Part shown: piece after piece, positions 46,218 to 57,504 of the stretch
Layout: each line of letters starts with the position of its first letter
Numbering within the stretch: position 1 is the first letter of the stretch
Assembly: GCA_034226945.1 (NCBI GenBank)
Contig: CP120455.1
Span: forward strand, 124,001 to 188,000
DNA from: Picochlorum sp. SENEW3
Taxonomy: Eukaryota
Direction of reading: 5' to 3'
Length of the DNA: 64,000 nt
Notes under the pieces: generated by a model
The model's input: only the letters and a program-made list of their open reading frames with translations
What the model was told of the DNA's origin: nothing
Databases searched by the model: none
Position numbers and translations under genes: made by a program

Positions 46218-46811
46218 ATGAGAGCCCGAGTGGCTCCAAGGCCACATGTGGGACATGTCAACACTCGATCACCGGTATTGACTTGCGCCTCTAATAGATC
46301 GACAAATACCACAGAAATAGAAAGTATGTCATTAATTGTATCGCATTGGTACCTATTCTATGTTCAGGCCACGTGACATTCTCCACCCACATGTGCAGGT
46401 TTTGATCTTTTGCAATCATTTTTCTACGGCAAAGCTCTGGCTGAGGTGTTAAACGAAAGGCTAGGGAATATGGCAGCTGATGTACTGGCTGAATTTGGAA
46501 CGGCTGAGGCGGAATTAAGGAAGATGCTAGGGTGCGTGGAAGCAGTAATAAAGGCTGTTTGGTTGAGGGTGTGAATTGACATGTTCTGTGTGTGCATATG
46601 CAGTGATATCCAGGATGAAGTTGCGATGAGAGCTGAAAGGGAAATTCAGGAATCCAGGGGTGGCGTTGTTGGGCAAAAGGATAGAAATGGGGCACTGTTG
46701 CCACCTGTGGTGGAAGAAGACGAGGCAGTTGATAATCTAAGGGCAGAAATCGCTAGCACACGAGCTCTCATACAGCAAACTAGAATGCAGCAGAATAAAA
46801 ACCTGAAATGA
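46218..46811 (+). CDS. Small plastid protein of the At4g13200/cyanobacterial thylakoid-protein-like family (exons 46218-46323, 46399-~46532, ~46604-46811)
   Basis: Spliced SFDLLQSFFYGKALAEVLNERLGNMAADVLAEFG..DIQDEVAMRAERE..DNLRAEIASTRA. The middle exon is missed by the ORF track; the start could also be 46182. Confidence 0.7.
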
Positions 46812-46841
46812 ATTCTTTGAAGGATATATATGGTATTTGTT

Positions 46842-48661
46842 TTACATATCTGTCAATTCATATATTTGTACATATGCCTCTGAAAGGACAACCTGCTGAG
46901 GTAATACATCAACGAGATGCAAATCTTGGAATTCGTACCATACGTCTTCTGATTTTCTGTGAATATGGGCTTTGAAACAACCGATATTCGCGTCGCCCTC
47001 GTGTACGATATTAGCTATCAGGTCATATGTTGCCTTTGGGGCTGGGACTGAAATACACTTGGTCAGGTCCAAACCTTTGACGGGGAAATTCACAATCGTC
47101 GGGTTCTTTTCTTTGAAGAATTGATTCTTCAAAAATCGTTTGACGTGGATTGCTAGGAATTTTGGAAGGCGGGTGATGCGCATCTTCCGTCGCCCTGTCC
47201 TGACATCATCCTGTATGGTTTCTCCATCAAACTTCCTGAGCAGGTCAAAAATTGGTACCTGTGGAATGATGACCTTCTCCAGAGCATCTTTAAATAGTGG
47301 CGCCGGTGGTAAATCCAGAGTCAATAGCAAGAATGGGACTCTTTGGACGATATCTGTTGTGCTGTCTTTGGCAGATCCAGTGCCAGCTAATATTGTAAGT
47401 TCAATCTCTCCCTGCAGGCATTGCGTTATTATAGAGGGTGATTTCCTCTTTCCTCCAGTCAGATCCTGATGCAGTGCATTGAGCAGCCAGGAAAAAAATT
47501 CCACAGGATCAGACTGTGTATCTATGCGAAACCTCTTGCCGCTTTTTGACATGACGCTCTGCATGAACTCATGCGGCGATACGTGTCCTTTAAACGCTTT
47601 CGGATTCCAAGTTTTTCGTACGAGTTCTCCAAACCTTTCCAACAAAGGTGTGGATACGTGTGCATAGTTTTCTCGCCTCAGGAAAAAATCCCTAAGAGGT
47701 CTAATTCTAATGAGTGCTTGGAGCACAACATTGGCGTAATCATTGGCCTTCATATTATTATATCCAATCAGCCCTGGCATGTATTCACTACCATCTAATG
47801 CTTTGGCCCACGTGTTTGTCAAGTCAACTTCTTTAACTGCAGCCTCTGTGAATGTGGGATTCAAGACATACTGGATATCTGCCAATGATGGATCCATTAC
47901 CTCATACATATCTGGCAAGCAATATGTTCTTCCAGAGTCCAATTTCATGAAGAGATGATGCCCCATTTCCAGTGAATGTGTGTATGCATGAGTCGTAGGA
48001 CCTCGGCCTTGAAAGTACTTTCCACACACGAGACAAACATAGACATTCACTTTTGACAGCGACACGGAACAGCACTTTTCGAAATCAAAATCAAGATTCT
48101 ACATACGTACACATGTGTTAGTGCATGATATAAGTACACGGTATAGCCAATACCATTGTTGCTTACCTGGCGACTGATTGTGTCCAAGTACGGGCATTCG
48201 TTCCCACGTCTTATTAGCTTGCCTGAATTTCTTTGACCATGATACAGAGGTTCATCGTCATCTTCACCGTGTTCAAAAGCCATCCTTTCATGATCAACCT
48301 TGTGCTCCTCCTCCTCCTCCTCCTTGATCACCTGCATCTTCACATCTTGTTGCTCCTCTTCCTTCACTGTTGCCTCGTCGTCTATTCTTCGTCGTTTTGC
48401 TTCCGAATTTGATCCACCATTACCTATTTTTTCTTGGTCTTCTTCGTGATCTCGCTTTTTCGTATCCTGTCGCACAGGAGCCTTTTCCTCTGCTTGTCCT
48501 GTGGGAACTGCAGCACCAGTACCCTCTTGCTGCTGCTCCTCCTGTGGAGAATCGGACTCTTCTAGCCGAGCAACGAGTTCAGATTTCTTGCCAGTTGTCG
48601 GAAGACCGCGCTTCTTCAATTCTGATCGCAGATCGACAACTTTCAAAGCAGACCACGCCAT
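46842..48661 (-). CDS. USP39: U4/U6.U5 tri-snRNP-associated protein 2 (USP39/Sad1) with N-terminal SAP domain (intron 48166-48099)
   Basis: CPYLDTISRQ|NLDFDFEKCCSVSLS, YVCLVCGKYFQGRG, inactive-USP NMKANDY, FKGHVSPHE, EKNPTIVNFP; SAP motif LKVVDLRSELKKRGLPTTGKKSELVARL. Confidence 0.93.
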
Positions 48662-48935
48662 GATTTGTTTTCAAATCAACACTATGGAGACGAGTACCGT
48701 CTTGACTCTCCTGTTTGATCAACTACAAACCTCTATACATTTTTGATAGTATAATACAGCGCTAGATTGCGGTGATCTTGCGTGTCCATACCTTTCCTAA
48801 AGGTTGCGGAATATATTCCTTATATAAGGAATTAAATATGGCAATCTTGGTCAGGCTTGCAACAGCCTTGTATCATCATGTGCAAGCTCGTTTTTAAAAT
48901 TTAAACCGAATATAACTCCATTTAATGGCATAGAC

Positions 48936-51900
48936 ATGGCATTGCGCTGCAGATTGGTAGTGTCCAATGTTGGGGACCAGAACCTGGTTTCTGGTCCTCA
49001 GACGTCGTCTCAACGCAGAAATACCTCGAAAGATATGCACCGAATGAATAAATCTGCATATAAGGATCATAATATCAATTTACAGAGGGGAATGCGAGGG
49101 GTTTGTCATGCTGCAAAGGAAAGTGTGGCTACCACAAGCAACGCTGAACGTTTCTTGGAGGATTTGGATGATGGGGACAGAGTTTCTGTGGACGACGGCG
49201 ACGCAGTTCGACAAGAGGTATGTTCATGGAGTGGACAGTAGTATGGTGCATTTTTTAATGAGGCGGTTTTGTGTGTGGTGCAGCTGCAAATGGTTCAGTC
49301 TGAGATTGACGAGCAGTACAGGCAGGTTTTTGAGGGGTTTCCTTTCGAGAGCGCGGTTGATACTGATGGTGAGGATGTGCACATTGATGAAAGAGATATG
49401 GCCGAGTCTATCTTTCAGTCGATTTCACGAGAGAGTCCGAATCTTTCGAAATCAATGCTGCAATTTGCAGAACAGCAGGGTGATGGGAGATGGAAAGAGT
49501 TTCAAAAGACTGTGACAGTGCTGAAAATGAAGCGATCTAGATTGGAGAGACAGTTGGAGCAAATAGATGTAGCAAAAGTTGTAGATGAACAGAAAGTTGC
49601 TCGATTTTCAAAGGATCGCAGCAATTATGAGAAGTTGGATGTACAGAGACCAGAGCAGCAGCAGGGAGAGCAAGGCGACTCGTCCTCTACTGAGAAATTG
49701 AAAAAGTCGTCAGTGCGCATTGTTCTGATGACAGGGTTTGAAAGTTTTAATTCGGACTTGTACCGCAAAGTGGCTGTGAATTTGTCAAAATCCTTCCCCT
49801 CTGCTCAACTCATTGTGTTTAACGATAGAGACTTGGAGACCAGAAGGGATGAGGTGAGCCTTGCACTCGCAGGAGCAGACGTATTCTTTTCTAGTTTGAT
49901 ATTCGATTTCGATCAGGTAGAATGGCTTAATGAGAACATAAAAGATATTCCATACAGATTTATTTTTGAGTCTTCTTTGGAACTGATGAGTTCCACCAAG
50001 GTTGGTGGGTTTCAGATGGCTCCAGGTGGCCAAAAGTCTGGACCACCACCTGCCGTGAAGAAGGTTCTAAATTTGTTTGGAAGTGGTAAAGAAGAGGATA
50101 AGCTTGTTGGGTACTTGTCTTTTTTGAAAATTGGTCCAAAACTTTTAAAGTATCTGCCTGGGAAGAAAGTACAAGATCTGCGCAATTGGCTCACCGTGTA
50201 TTCCTACTGGAACCAAGGAGGAGAGGAAAATGTGACATCCATGATCAACTATATTTTGCGAGAATGCTTTGAGCTCCCATCAGCTCCGCCAGAACCTAGG
50301 GCATTGCTGGAGACACCTGCAACAGGATGCCTCCACCCAGAAGCTCCAGGAAGGTATTTTGAATCTCCTGATGCATACATGCAATGGTACGAAAGACATG
50401 GTCCGCTAAAGAAAACATCGTCTCCTCGAGCAGCCGTGTTACTGTACAGAAAGCATGTCATCACGAAGCAGCCATACATAAATGACCTCATCGAATGCCT
50501 GGAAAAAGAGGGCATCATTCCAATCCCAATCTTTATCAATGGTGTTGAAGCGCACACGATTGTTCGAGATCAGCTAACGTCAGACTATGAAGTCAATAAT
50601 ATACGCATGGGTAACTCGAGCACCATGCTGTCCCCAGGAGTAGTGTCTGTGGATGCTGTGATCAATACAATTGGCTTTCCTCTTGTGGGTGGTCCATCAG
50701 GAACCATGGGGGGTGGCAGACAAATCGACATCTCTAAATCCATCTTGTCTGCCAAAAATATACCATATATGATTGCAGCTCCTCTCTTGATCCAGGATAT
50801 GGAGTCCTGGGTTGAAAAGGGAATCACAGGTCTGCAAAGTGTTGTCTTGTACTCCCTTCCTGAACTTGATGGAGCCATAGATTCTGTACCACTGGGTGCT
50901 TTAGTTGGAGAAAATATTTATCTGATTCCTGAAAGAGTCACACGCCTTGCTGGGAGGGTCAAAAATTGGGTGTCTCTCAGGAAAAAACCACCTTCAGAGA
51001 AGAAGGTTGGCATAATCTTGTATGGATTCCCGCCTGGCGTTGGTGCAACTGGCACAGCAGCTCTGCTGAATGTGCCAAAATCGTTAGAAAAAATACTGTA
51101 CTCTTTAAAAGAATCAGGGTACGACTTGGGCGACATGTCAGAGGAGAGCCTGGATGGAGAAAAGATTGTGGCATATTTGCAACAGCTTTCAAAAGAAGAG
51201 GCCACCTGCAGAGGTATCCATCACATGACAGAATCTCTGAATACAGCAGTTCACAATGATCTTGGGGCCCAAGTTGTCGGAGCAGATATCGATTCAAAAC
51301 GCTTGAAAGAATTCCTCACATTTGATGAATCCTGGGGTCCAAATGAATGGGGCCCCATGCCTTTTCTGCCATCGCCAGACATTCTGGTCAAAAAAATGGA
51401 AAATGCGTGGGGAGATTTGGGAAAATATAGATCGGGACTTGCCACCACAACGTCGGGAAATTCTGTTGTCGCCGGCCTGCAATTTGGAAATGTCTTCATA
51501 GGTGTGCAACCATTGCTGGGAGTGGAAGGTGATCCAATGCGGCTCCTCTTCGAGCGCGATTTGACTCCACACCCTCAATATGCAGCATTTTACAAATGGA
51601 TAGAACAAGAATTCCAAGCAGATGGCGTCATTCATTGTGGCACGCATGGAACCTCAGAATGGCTACCAGGCTCACCTCTAGGAAACACAGGACTATCATG
51701 GTCAGACATTATGCTCTCAAGCATACCAAACATTTATATTTACACTGCCAACAACCCATCCGAATCAATCATTGCAAAGAGAAGGGGATATGGAACAACA
51801 ATAAGCCACAACGTGCCTCCATACGGAAGATCAGGACTCTACAAACAGTTGATTGATCTCAAGGCATTGCTGCTCGAATACAGAGAGACCAACGATGACG

Positions 51901-53564
51901 CATGTAGCGACCTTCGAGTCCCCATAATCGAGCTTGTTGAATCCGTTGGATTAGAAAAAGATTGTCCATTTGTCACATTCGACGCCGCATCGGTGGCCAT
52001 CGTTGATGAGACTGTATTCTCAGACTATGTCTCGAGGCTGTACACCTACTTGTTGGAACTTGAAAACAGGCTATACAGCGAAGGCCTGCATATTCTAGGA
52101 AGCCCGCCGAATGATGAACAGATGCACAAATATTTATCGGCATACTTTGATGGCAAACTGGATGATACCATTCTACAGAGCATTGTCGAGGAAGAAGACG
52201 AGAGGATTCAAGCATCATCATCATCATCCCCTGAGCTGGTGTCTGAAGCAGCATCCATCAGGGATTTACTGAAGCAGAACACCAATGAGATATCATCGAT
52301 ACTCAAAGCACTCGATGGGGAATACATCTTACCTGAAGCAGGTGGAGATTTACTCCGTGACGGCGTCGGAGTGCTACCAACAGGCAGAAACATTTATGCA
52401 TTGGATCCTTATAGAATGCCTGGCCCATCGGCCCAGATCAGAGGAGCCGCCGCCGCGGATGCCATCCTCCAAGCACATCTGGACGCAAACGATAATCAGT
52501 ATCCTGAAACAGTAGCCGTCTCTTTGTGGGGACTGGATGCCATAAAAACAAAAGGAGAGAGTGTTGCCATCACCCTTGCTCTGATTGGCGCCAGACCAGT
52601 CAAGGAAGGCACCGGAAGAATCGTACGGTTCGAGCTCATACCCCTCTCAGAGATGAATAGACCGCGTATAGATGTGCTGTGCAATGTGAGTGGTATATTC
52701 AGGGATTCCTTCCAAAATGTCCTCGACCTCTTGGATGATCTGTTCAAGAGAGCTGCTGAGGCTGATGAGCCAGCAGACATGAATTATATTAGAAAGCACG
52801 CCATGACCATGTCAAACGAAGGATTGGAAAATCCAACCGCTCGTCTCTTCTCAAATCCTTCGGGAGACTACGGCTCCATGGTAAACGAGCGAGTCGGAGC
52901 ATCCAACTGGGAGGATGGATCAGAATTAGGATCCACATGGGTCTCCAGAAATGCCTACAGTTATGGCAGAGGATCAGAAAAGGGCGTCGCACGACCAGAA
53001 GTATTGCAATCATTATTAAAGACGACTGACCGCGTAGTACAAGAAATTGATTCGGTCGAGTACGGCCTCACAGATATTCAAGAGTACTATGCCAACACAG
53101 GAGCACTCCGACGAGCTGCAGAAACAGCAAAGGGAGACGCATCCAGCAAGGTTGGCTGCTCCATCATTGAAACCTTTTCGAAAGAACCCACACCAAAAGA
53201 GCTCGAGGATGTCCTTCGACTCGAGTATAGAAGCAAACTGCTAAACCCAAAATGGGCAGATGCCATGGCAAACTCTGGCTCTGGAGGAGCCTTTGAAATA
53301 TCCCAGCGAATGACTGCCATGATTGGCTGGGGAGCAACCGTAGACTTCAAAGAGGATTGGGCATGGAATCAAGCAGCAGAAACCTATGCATTCGATCAAG
53401 CCATGGCCACGAAACTCAAAGAAAGCAACCCAGAAGCGTTCACCAACATTCTCAAACGGATGATTGAAGCCAGCGGCAGAGGCATGTGGAATCCAGATGA
53501 GGACACCCTGGATCGCTTGAAAAGCCTGTATTCAGAGATGGATGACACATTAGAAGGCATTTGA
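48936..53564 (+). CDS. Magnesium chelatase H subunit paralogue (CobN/ChlH family, ChlH2-type; intron 49218-49283)
   Basis: GFESFN, FSSLIFDFDQVEWL, TIGFPLVGGP, LPELDGAID, HGTSEWLPG, LPTGRNI, SGIFRD, DSVEYGLTDIQEYY, LLNPKW. Confidence 0.9.
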
Positions 53565-53599
53565 TGTAATATAGTAAGATAATAAATTGCACCAGAACC

Positions 53600-54295
53600 A
53601 TGTCTTGTAAAACCCAGCTGAAAGGAATGCGATCGCTCAGCGCCTCACACCCATGTCAGAGAACCACGCCTTTCGTCAGAAAACAGACCCGAACAGCCAC
53701 TAAAACGCAGATTGGTTCTTTATTTGGGGGTATCACAGCGAATAAAAGAAAGAAAGAGCTGATGATGGATATCCTCAGCGTTGTAGAGAATTCAGAGAGG
53801 GGAACCCTCACAAGCCAACAAGACATGAAACTGTTGCGAGGATTCTTCTCAGAGCTAGGAGATATTGCTGCATCCGATCCACTCCAGAACCCATCTGCTG
53901 TGAATGGGACTTGGAAACTTCTGTGGACATCTGAGAAGGAGATTCTCTTCATCATCAAGAAGAATGGTCTGGCCAACTGGTGTGGCACTGAGTCTGGGAA
54001 TGTCTATCAAGTGATTGATTTGAACAAGAATAGGCTCCAAAACTGCATCGAGTTCCCTCCAGAGGGCGCATTCATTGTCGACAGCTTTATAGAATATGAT
54101 TCAGAATCCAAACGATGCTCATTTGAATTCCAAGGAGCACGATTACGAGTACCCAACAATCGTGAGTTTACTCTGCCTCCAGTGGGCAAATCTACTTTTA
54201 AAACCTTATTCGTAGATTCAAAATACCGAATAGCAGAGGATGCCAGGGGAGATTTTCTCATTGTAGAACGGGTTGGACCCCCACGGGTCTTTTAA
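53600..54295 (+). CDS. Plastid lipid-associated protein / fibrillin
   Basis: GTWKLLWTSEKE, YQVID, FVDSKYRIAEDARGDFLI; transit peptide. Confidence 0.85.
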   Translation: MSCKTQLKGMRSLSASHPCQRTTPFVRKQTRTATKTQIGSLFGGITANKRKKELMMDILSVVENSERGTLTSQQDMKLLRGFFSELGDIAASDPLQNPSAVNGTWKLLWTSEKEILFIIKKNGLANWCGTESGNVYQVIDLNKNRLQNCIEFPPEGAFIVDSFIEYDSESKRCSFEFQGARLRVPNNREFTLPPVGKSTFKTLFVDSKYRIAEDARGDFLIVERVGPPRVF

Positions 54296-54378
54296 AGAGA
54301 AAGAAACAGATACACACGTGTGGAATGCTCCGGCAGTTTCTAATTCAACTGGTATGTAAACAAAATAAAAGGGTGACC

Positions 54379-56079
54379 ATGTCGTACTCTCCAGATCGCA
54401 AAAAGGCACGTATCACGTCGAACAATGCCGACACGACGAAGAACCATGTTTCTTCAACCAATCGTCAAAGCGATATCATTGATCTAACCAATGACGATGA
54501 GACTGCTCCAAATTCACCACCGTTTCAGTTGCTGCGGACACGGGGTATTCCATCGTGGGGAAATCAGGGTCCTCTTGGGTTTGACATGCAACAGCATGTT
54601 GCTGGGAATATCCTGTTTGCTTTTGTGTCGAATTACATGATTGATATTGGCTGGTTGGCACATACATTTCCTGATTTACTATTTAGCGATTTTCTACTGA
54701 TTGTTCATGGGCAGCAAGGGGATACGGAGGGGATGAAGAATCAGTTGAGGATGCTTGGGGTACAGGAGGAGGCCATGCATGTGTTTCAGCCTCCTGTTCC
54801 ACCGTATGGAACGCATCATTCGAAAGCCTTCTTTTTACAATATTCGACAGGTATACGTATTATTATTCACACAGCGAATTTGCTCTACTGTGATGTGAAT
54901 AATAAATCACAGTCGGTGTATATGCAAGATTTTCCTCTCAAAGATGCAACCAGTCAGGTGACTGGTAGCGAGTTTGAGCAGGAGCTGCTTCAATATGTGG
55001 ATGCGTTGGGTCTCGTCTTGAGAGTGCGGGAGAGGCTAAAGGACATTATTAAAATGCATGATTATTCCTCTGCTCGATGTCATCTGGTGGCTTCTGTTCC
55101 GTCCAAGCCGTTTGAATTCAGACAGATTGATCGGTATGGACACAAGAGATTGGGTGCTGTGTTGGGGGCGTATGAATTCGACAAGAAATTTGCGTCTGCT
55201 CCTATACTAGCCCAGTTTTCTAGCATAGGGAATCTATCACCGGCATTTCTCGGATCAATCACGGAGAGTTTGTCAGCTGGGTATTATTATACAGAGGAGC
55301 AGAAAAAGGTTGCTCTGGGCAGTCCCAGCGATGGGCATGTGCGCCTGGTATGGCCTTCTGTTGCGCAGGTTCGTGATTCTTTAGAGGGTTGGTTTGGAGG
55401 AGGGAGTATACCCGGGTACTATGACAGGGTGATGAAGCCGATGTTGCTGGATGGAGGGTATTATCATGTGTGGGGAGGACACAGCACAGGTCGGCAGAGG
55501 GCCATGCCTCATATGAAGACGTACCTGCGATTTCATCAAGACTCTAAAGAAATAGCATGGCTATGTTTAGGAAGCCATAATTTCAGCAAGGCAGCATGGG
55601 GAGAGGTTGTGAATAGCAAAAAGTACAATGCAAGGCTGTGTAGAATACTGTCATATGAACTTGGTGTTGTGTTTGTCCCATCCAAAGAAGTAGACTACAG
55701 AAAACACAAGCATTTCGGTTTCTCGTGCACTTCATCCACGTCTCCCAAACCACAATGCGATATTGATAGGGTAGAATTTCATCCTTGGAAGCGAAATGGG
55801 CTCCAAGAGGAGAGGATTGTCACGACTGACCAAGGTATCCGAGTATTGGAATGCCCCATGCCAGTGGCCTTTGACCTGGACAGTATGCAGTATCCAGGCC
55901 ACCCAACAGATGGCGCATACGACACCATGCCATGGCATATTTCAAAAGATCCCCAGGCAGGATTTAGGGGGCTTGATGCCCTTGGAAATCCATTCCCTGG
56001 CAGAGGCTCCTATTTCGGTGTCTTGCAAAGAGATACGCCAGAACACCACTGGCAGCACCTCTTCTCCGATTCGAATTGA
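54379..56079 (+). CDS. TDP1: Tyrosyl-DNA phosphodiesterase 1
   Basis: Two HxK motifs (GTHHSK..HTANL; PHMKTY..GSHNFSKAAWG), SNYMID, QFSSIG, SYELGV. The start may be 54325. Confidence 0.92.
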   Translation: MSYSPDRKKARITSNNADTTKNHVSSTNRQSDIIDLTNDDETAPNSPPFQLLRTRGIPSWGNQGPLGFDMQQHVAGNILFAFVSNYMIDIGWLAHTFPDLLFSDFLLIVHGQQGDTEGMKNQLRMLGVQEEAMHVFQPPVPPYGTHHSKAFFLQYSTGIRIIIHTANLLYCDVNNKSQSVYMQDFPLKDATSQVTGSEFEQELLQYVDALGLVLRVRERLKDIIKMHDYSSARCHLVASVPSKPFEFRQIDRYGHKRLGAVLGAYEFDKKFASAPILAQFSSIGNLSPAFLGSITESLSAGYYYTEEQKKVALGSPSDGHVRLVWPSVAQVRDSLEGWFGGGSIPGYYDRVMKPMLLDGGYYHVWGGHSTGRQRAMPHMKTYLRFHQDSKEIAWLCLGSHNFSKAAWGEVVNSKKYNARLCRILSYELGVVFVPSKEVDYRKHKHFGFSCTSSTSPKPQCDIDRVEFHPWKRNGLQEERIVTTDQGIRVLECPMPVAFDLDSMQYPGHPTDGAYDTMPWHISKDPQAGFRGLDALGNPFPGRGSYFGVLQRDTPEHHWQHLFSDSN

Positions 56080-56409
56080 AATGACAGTACTGTGCCTACT
56101 ATGCCCATCGCCAACAGGCTACCCATTATTTTCTTATATTTAATCTTTTTTTGTAGAAGAATTCAACTCTGTGACTGGACACGTGTACCTGTAGTTGTCA
56201 GGAGCGTGATTACTTCTACATTATTGTCACCAGGGACTGAGACGATACATTACAATCTCATCACTGTGGCATTTCACTTTGACAGAGTCAATAGAAGACT
56301 CTCGGGAGCATCATAGAGAGCTCAGGGTAACTCCGAACAGATCCGGGAAACCCGATTCGAATGGACATTTGAAACGCTTCTGGATAGGTGTGCCTAGGTT
56401 TAGATAAGA

Positions 56410-57252
56410 ATGCATATGAAACAATATGCAAATAAAGGGAGAGGAGGAGGGCAGAACGAGTCGTATTATGTCGTGAAAATTGACGCACCCCCGGGGGTGG
56501 AAGTGCCGGGGGGTTGCTATGTCACGGTGCAGTCCGGACCCCACGTCGGCTTGTCGATTGCCTATAGCCACCTGAAGGATCCAAAACCGAGAGCTCATAC
56601 ATTGCCTGATATTGTGTTTCTTCCATCTCATGCGACTGTGCTGTCCTTGGACGAGAAGGTGTCACTGAAGCCATATTTGCTGGCTCGGGCCTCGGATGTG
56701 GACAGTGCGAGGATTCAGAGGGACCAGCGAGGGTCGACGAGCGGTGGGGTGGGAAAACGAAATGCTCCAGCGCCTCCATCGAGAGATATCCATGCTTTGA
56801 AAACGCCTCCTGGGAAGATGGCGCCTCCTGTCCAGGTTATTGATTCAATGGAAAAGGGGGTGGAGGGGCAGGACCCCAAGCGGCCTCGCCTGGGCAAACT
56901 GAGTCCGAAAGCATTGTTTCCGGATGAAACGAAAGGAAACGAAGGGGATCGAGCACAGGGATCTTTGGGAGATAATATGTCTGCGCTTCGAGCAGCATGC
57001 ACAGCCCGACTCATGTGGATGATTTCGAATCAGCAACGGTATCAGATGGCCCATCCGCCACAGCAGCCGGCAGCAGCAGCTGCGATCAAAGAAGACGGAA
57101 ATACTACTACTCGTGAGATTGAAAAAGAAGATTCCAAAATAGATATAGAATCAGTTGATGGTGAAGAAGAGCCTGATTGTGTAGAAGGGAAGGAGCATAC
57201 AAAGGAGAAGGACGATGACTTGAGGAGAGATGATGATGATGAACAAGACTGA
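56410..57252 (+). CDS. Hypothetical protein (acidic C-terminus, possible NLS PKRPR); may have upstream exon(s)
   Basis: 280-aa ORF followed by TGTAA (~57267). A possible intron 56327-56403 would extend the frame upstream. Confidence 0.55.
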   Translation: MHMKQYANKGRGGGQNESYYVVKIDAPPGVEVPGGCYVTVQSGPHVGLSIAYSHLKDPKPRAHTLPDIVFLPSHATVLSLDEKVSLKPYLLARASDVDSARIQRDQRGSTSGGVGKRNAPAPPSRDIHALKTPPGKMAPPVQVIDSMEKGVEGQDPKRPRLGKLSPKALFPDETKGNEGDRAQGSLGDNMSALRAACTARLMWMISNQQRYQMAHPPQQPAAAAAIKEDGNTTTREIEKEDSKIDIESVDGEEEPDCVEGKEHTKEKDDDLRRDDDDEQD

Positions 57253-57504
57253 GTTGTTTTTTGTACTGTAAGGAATCTACACTGTCGTGTATCTCGATGG
57301 CGATCGAGAAATACTTGCGTAGCATGATTATTCGAATCAAACTCTTCGAGGTAGGAGAGTTGCCATGGCAAATTTGATGAACACGTGTCGTACCCATCGA
57401 CACCATTATTATTTTTATTCTAGAAAGGCATCATTGCTGCGTATCCACCCAACTGAATACAGTACATTTTATAAAAAATACAAGTATTTAATACGATTGC
57501 AACC

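Noticed and set aside
16270..48661. Apparent cluster of mRNA-processing genes (CWF19L1, GBP, U6, THOC3, USP39)
   Set aside because: They are interspersed with unrelated genes; this is plausible by chance in a gene-dense genome.
56310..56370. GATTCGAAT T-loop-like motif with a small hairpin
   Set aside because: No cloverleaf or acceptor stem could be formed, so it is not called a tRNA.
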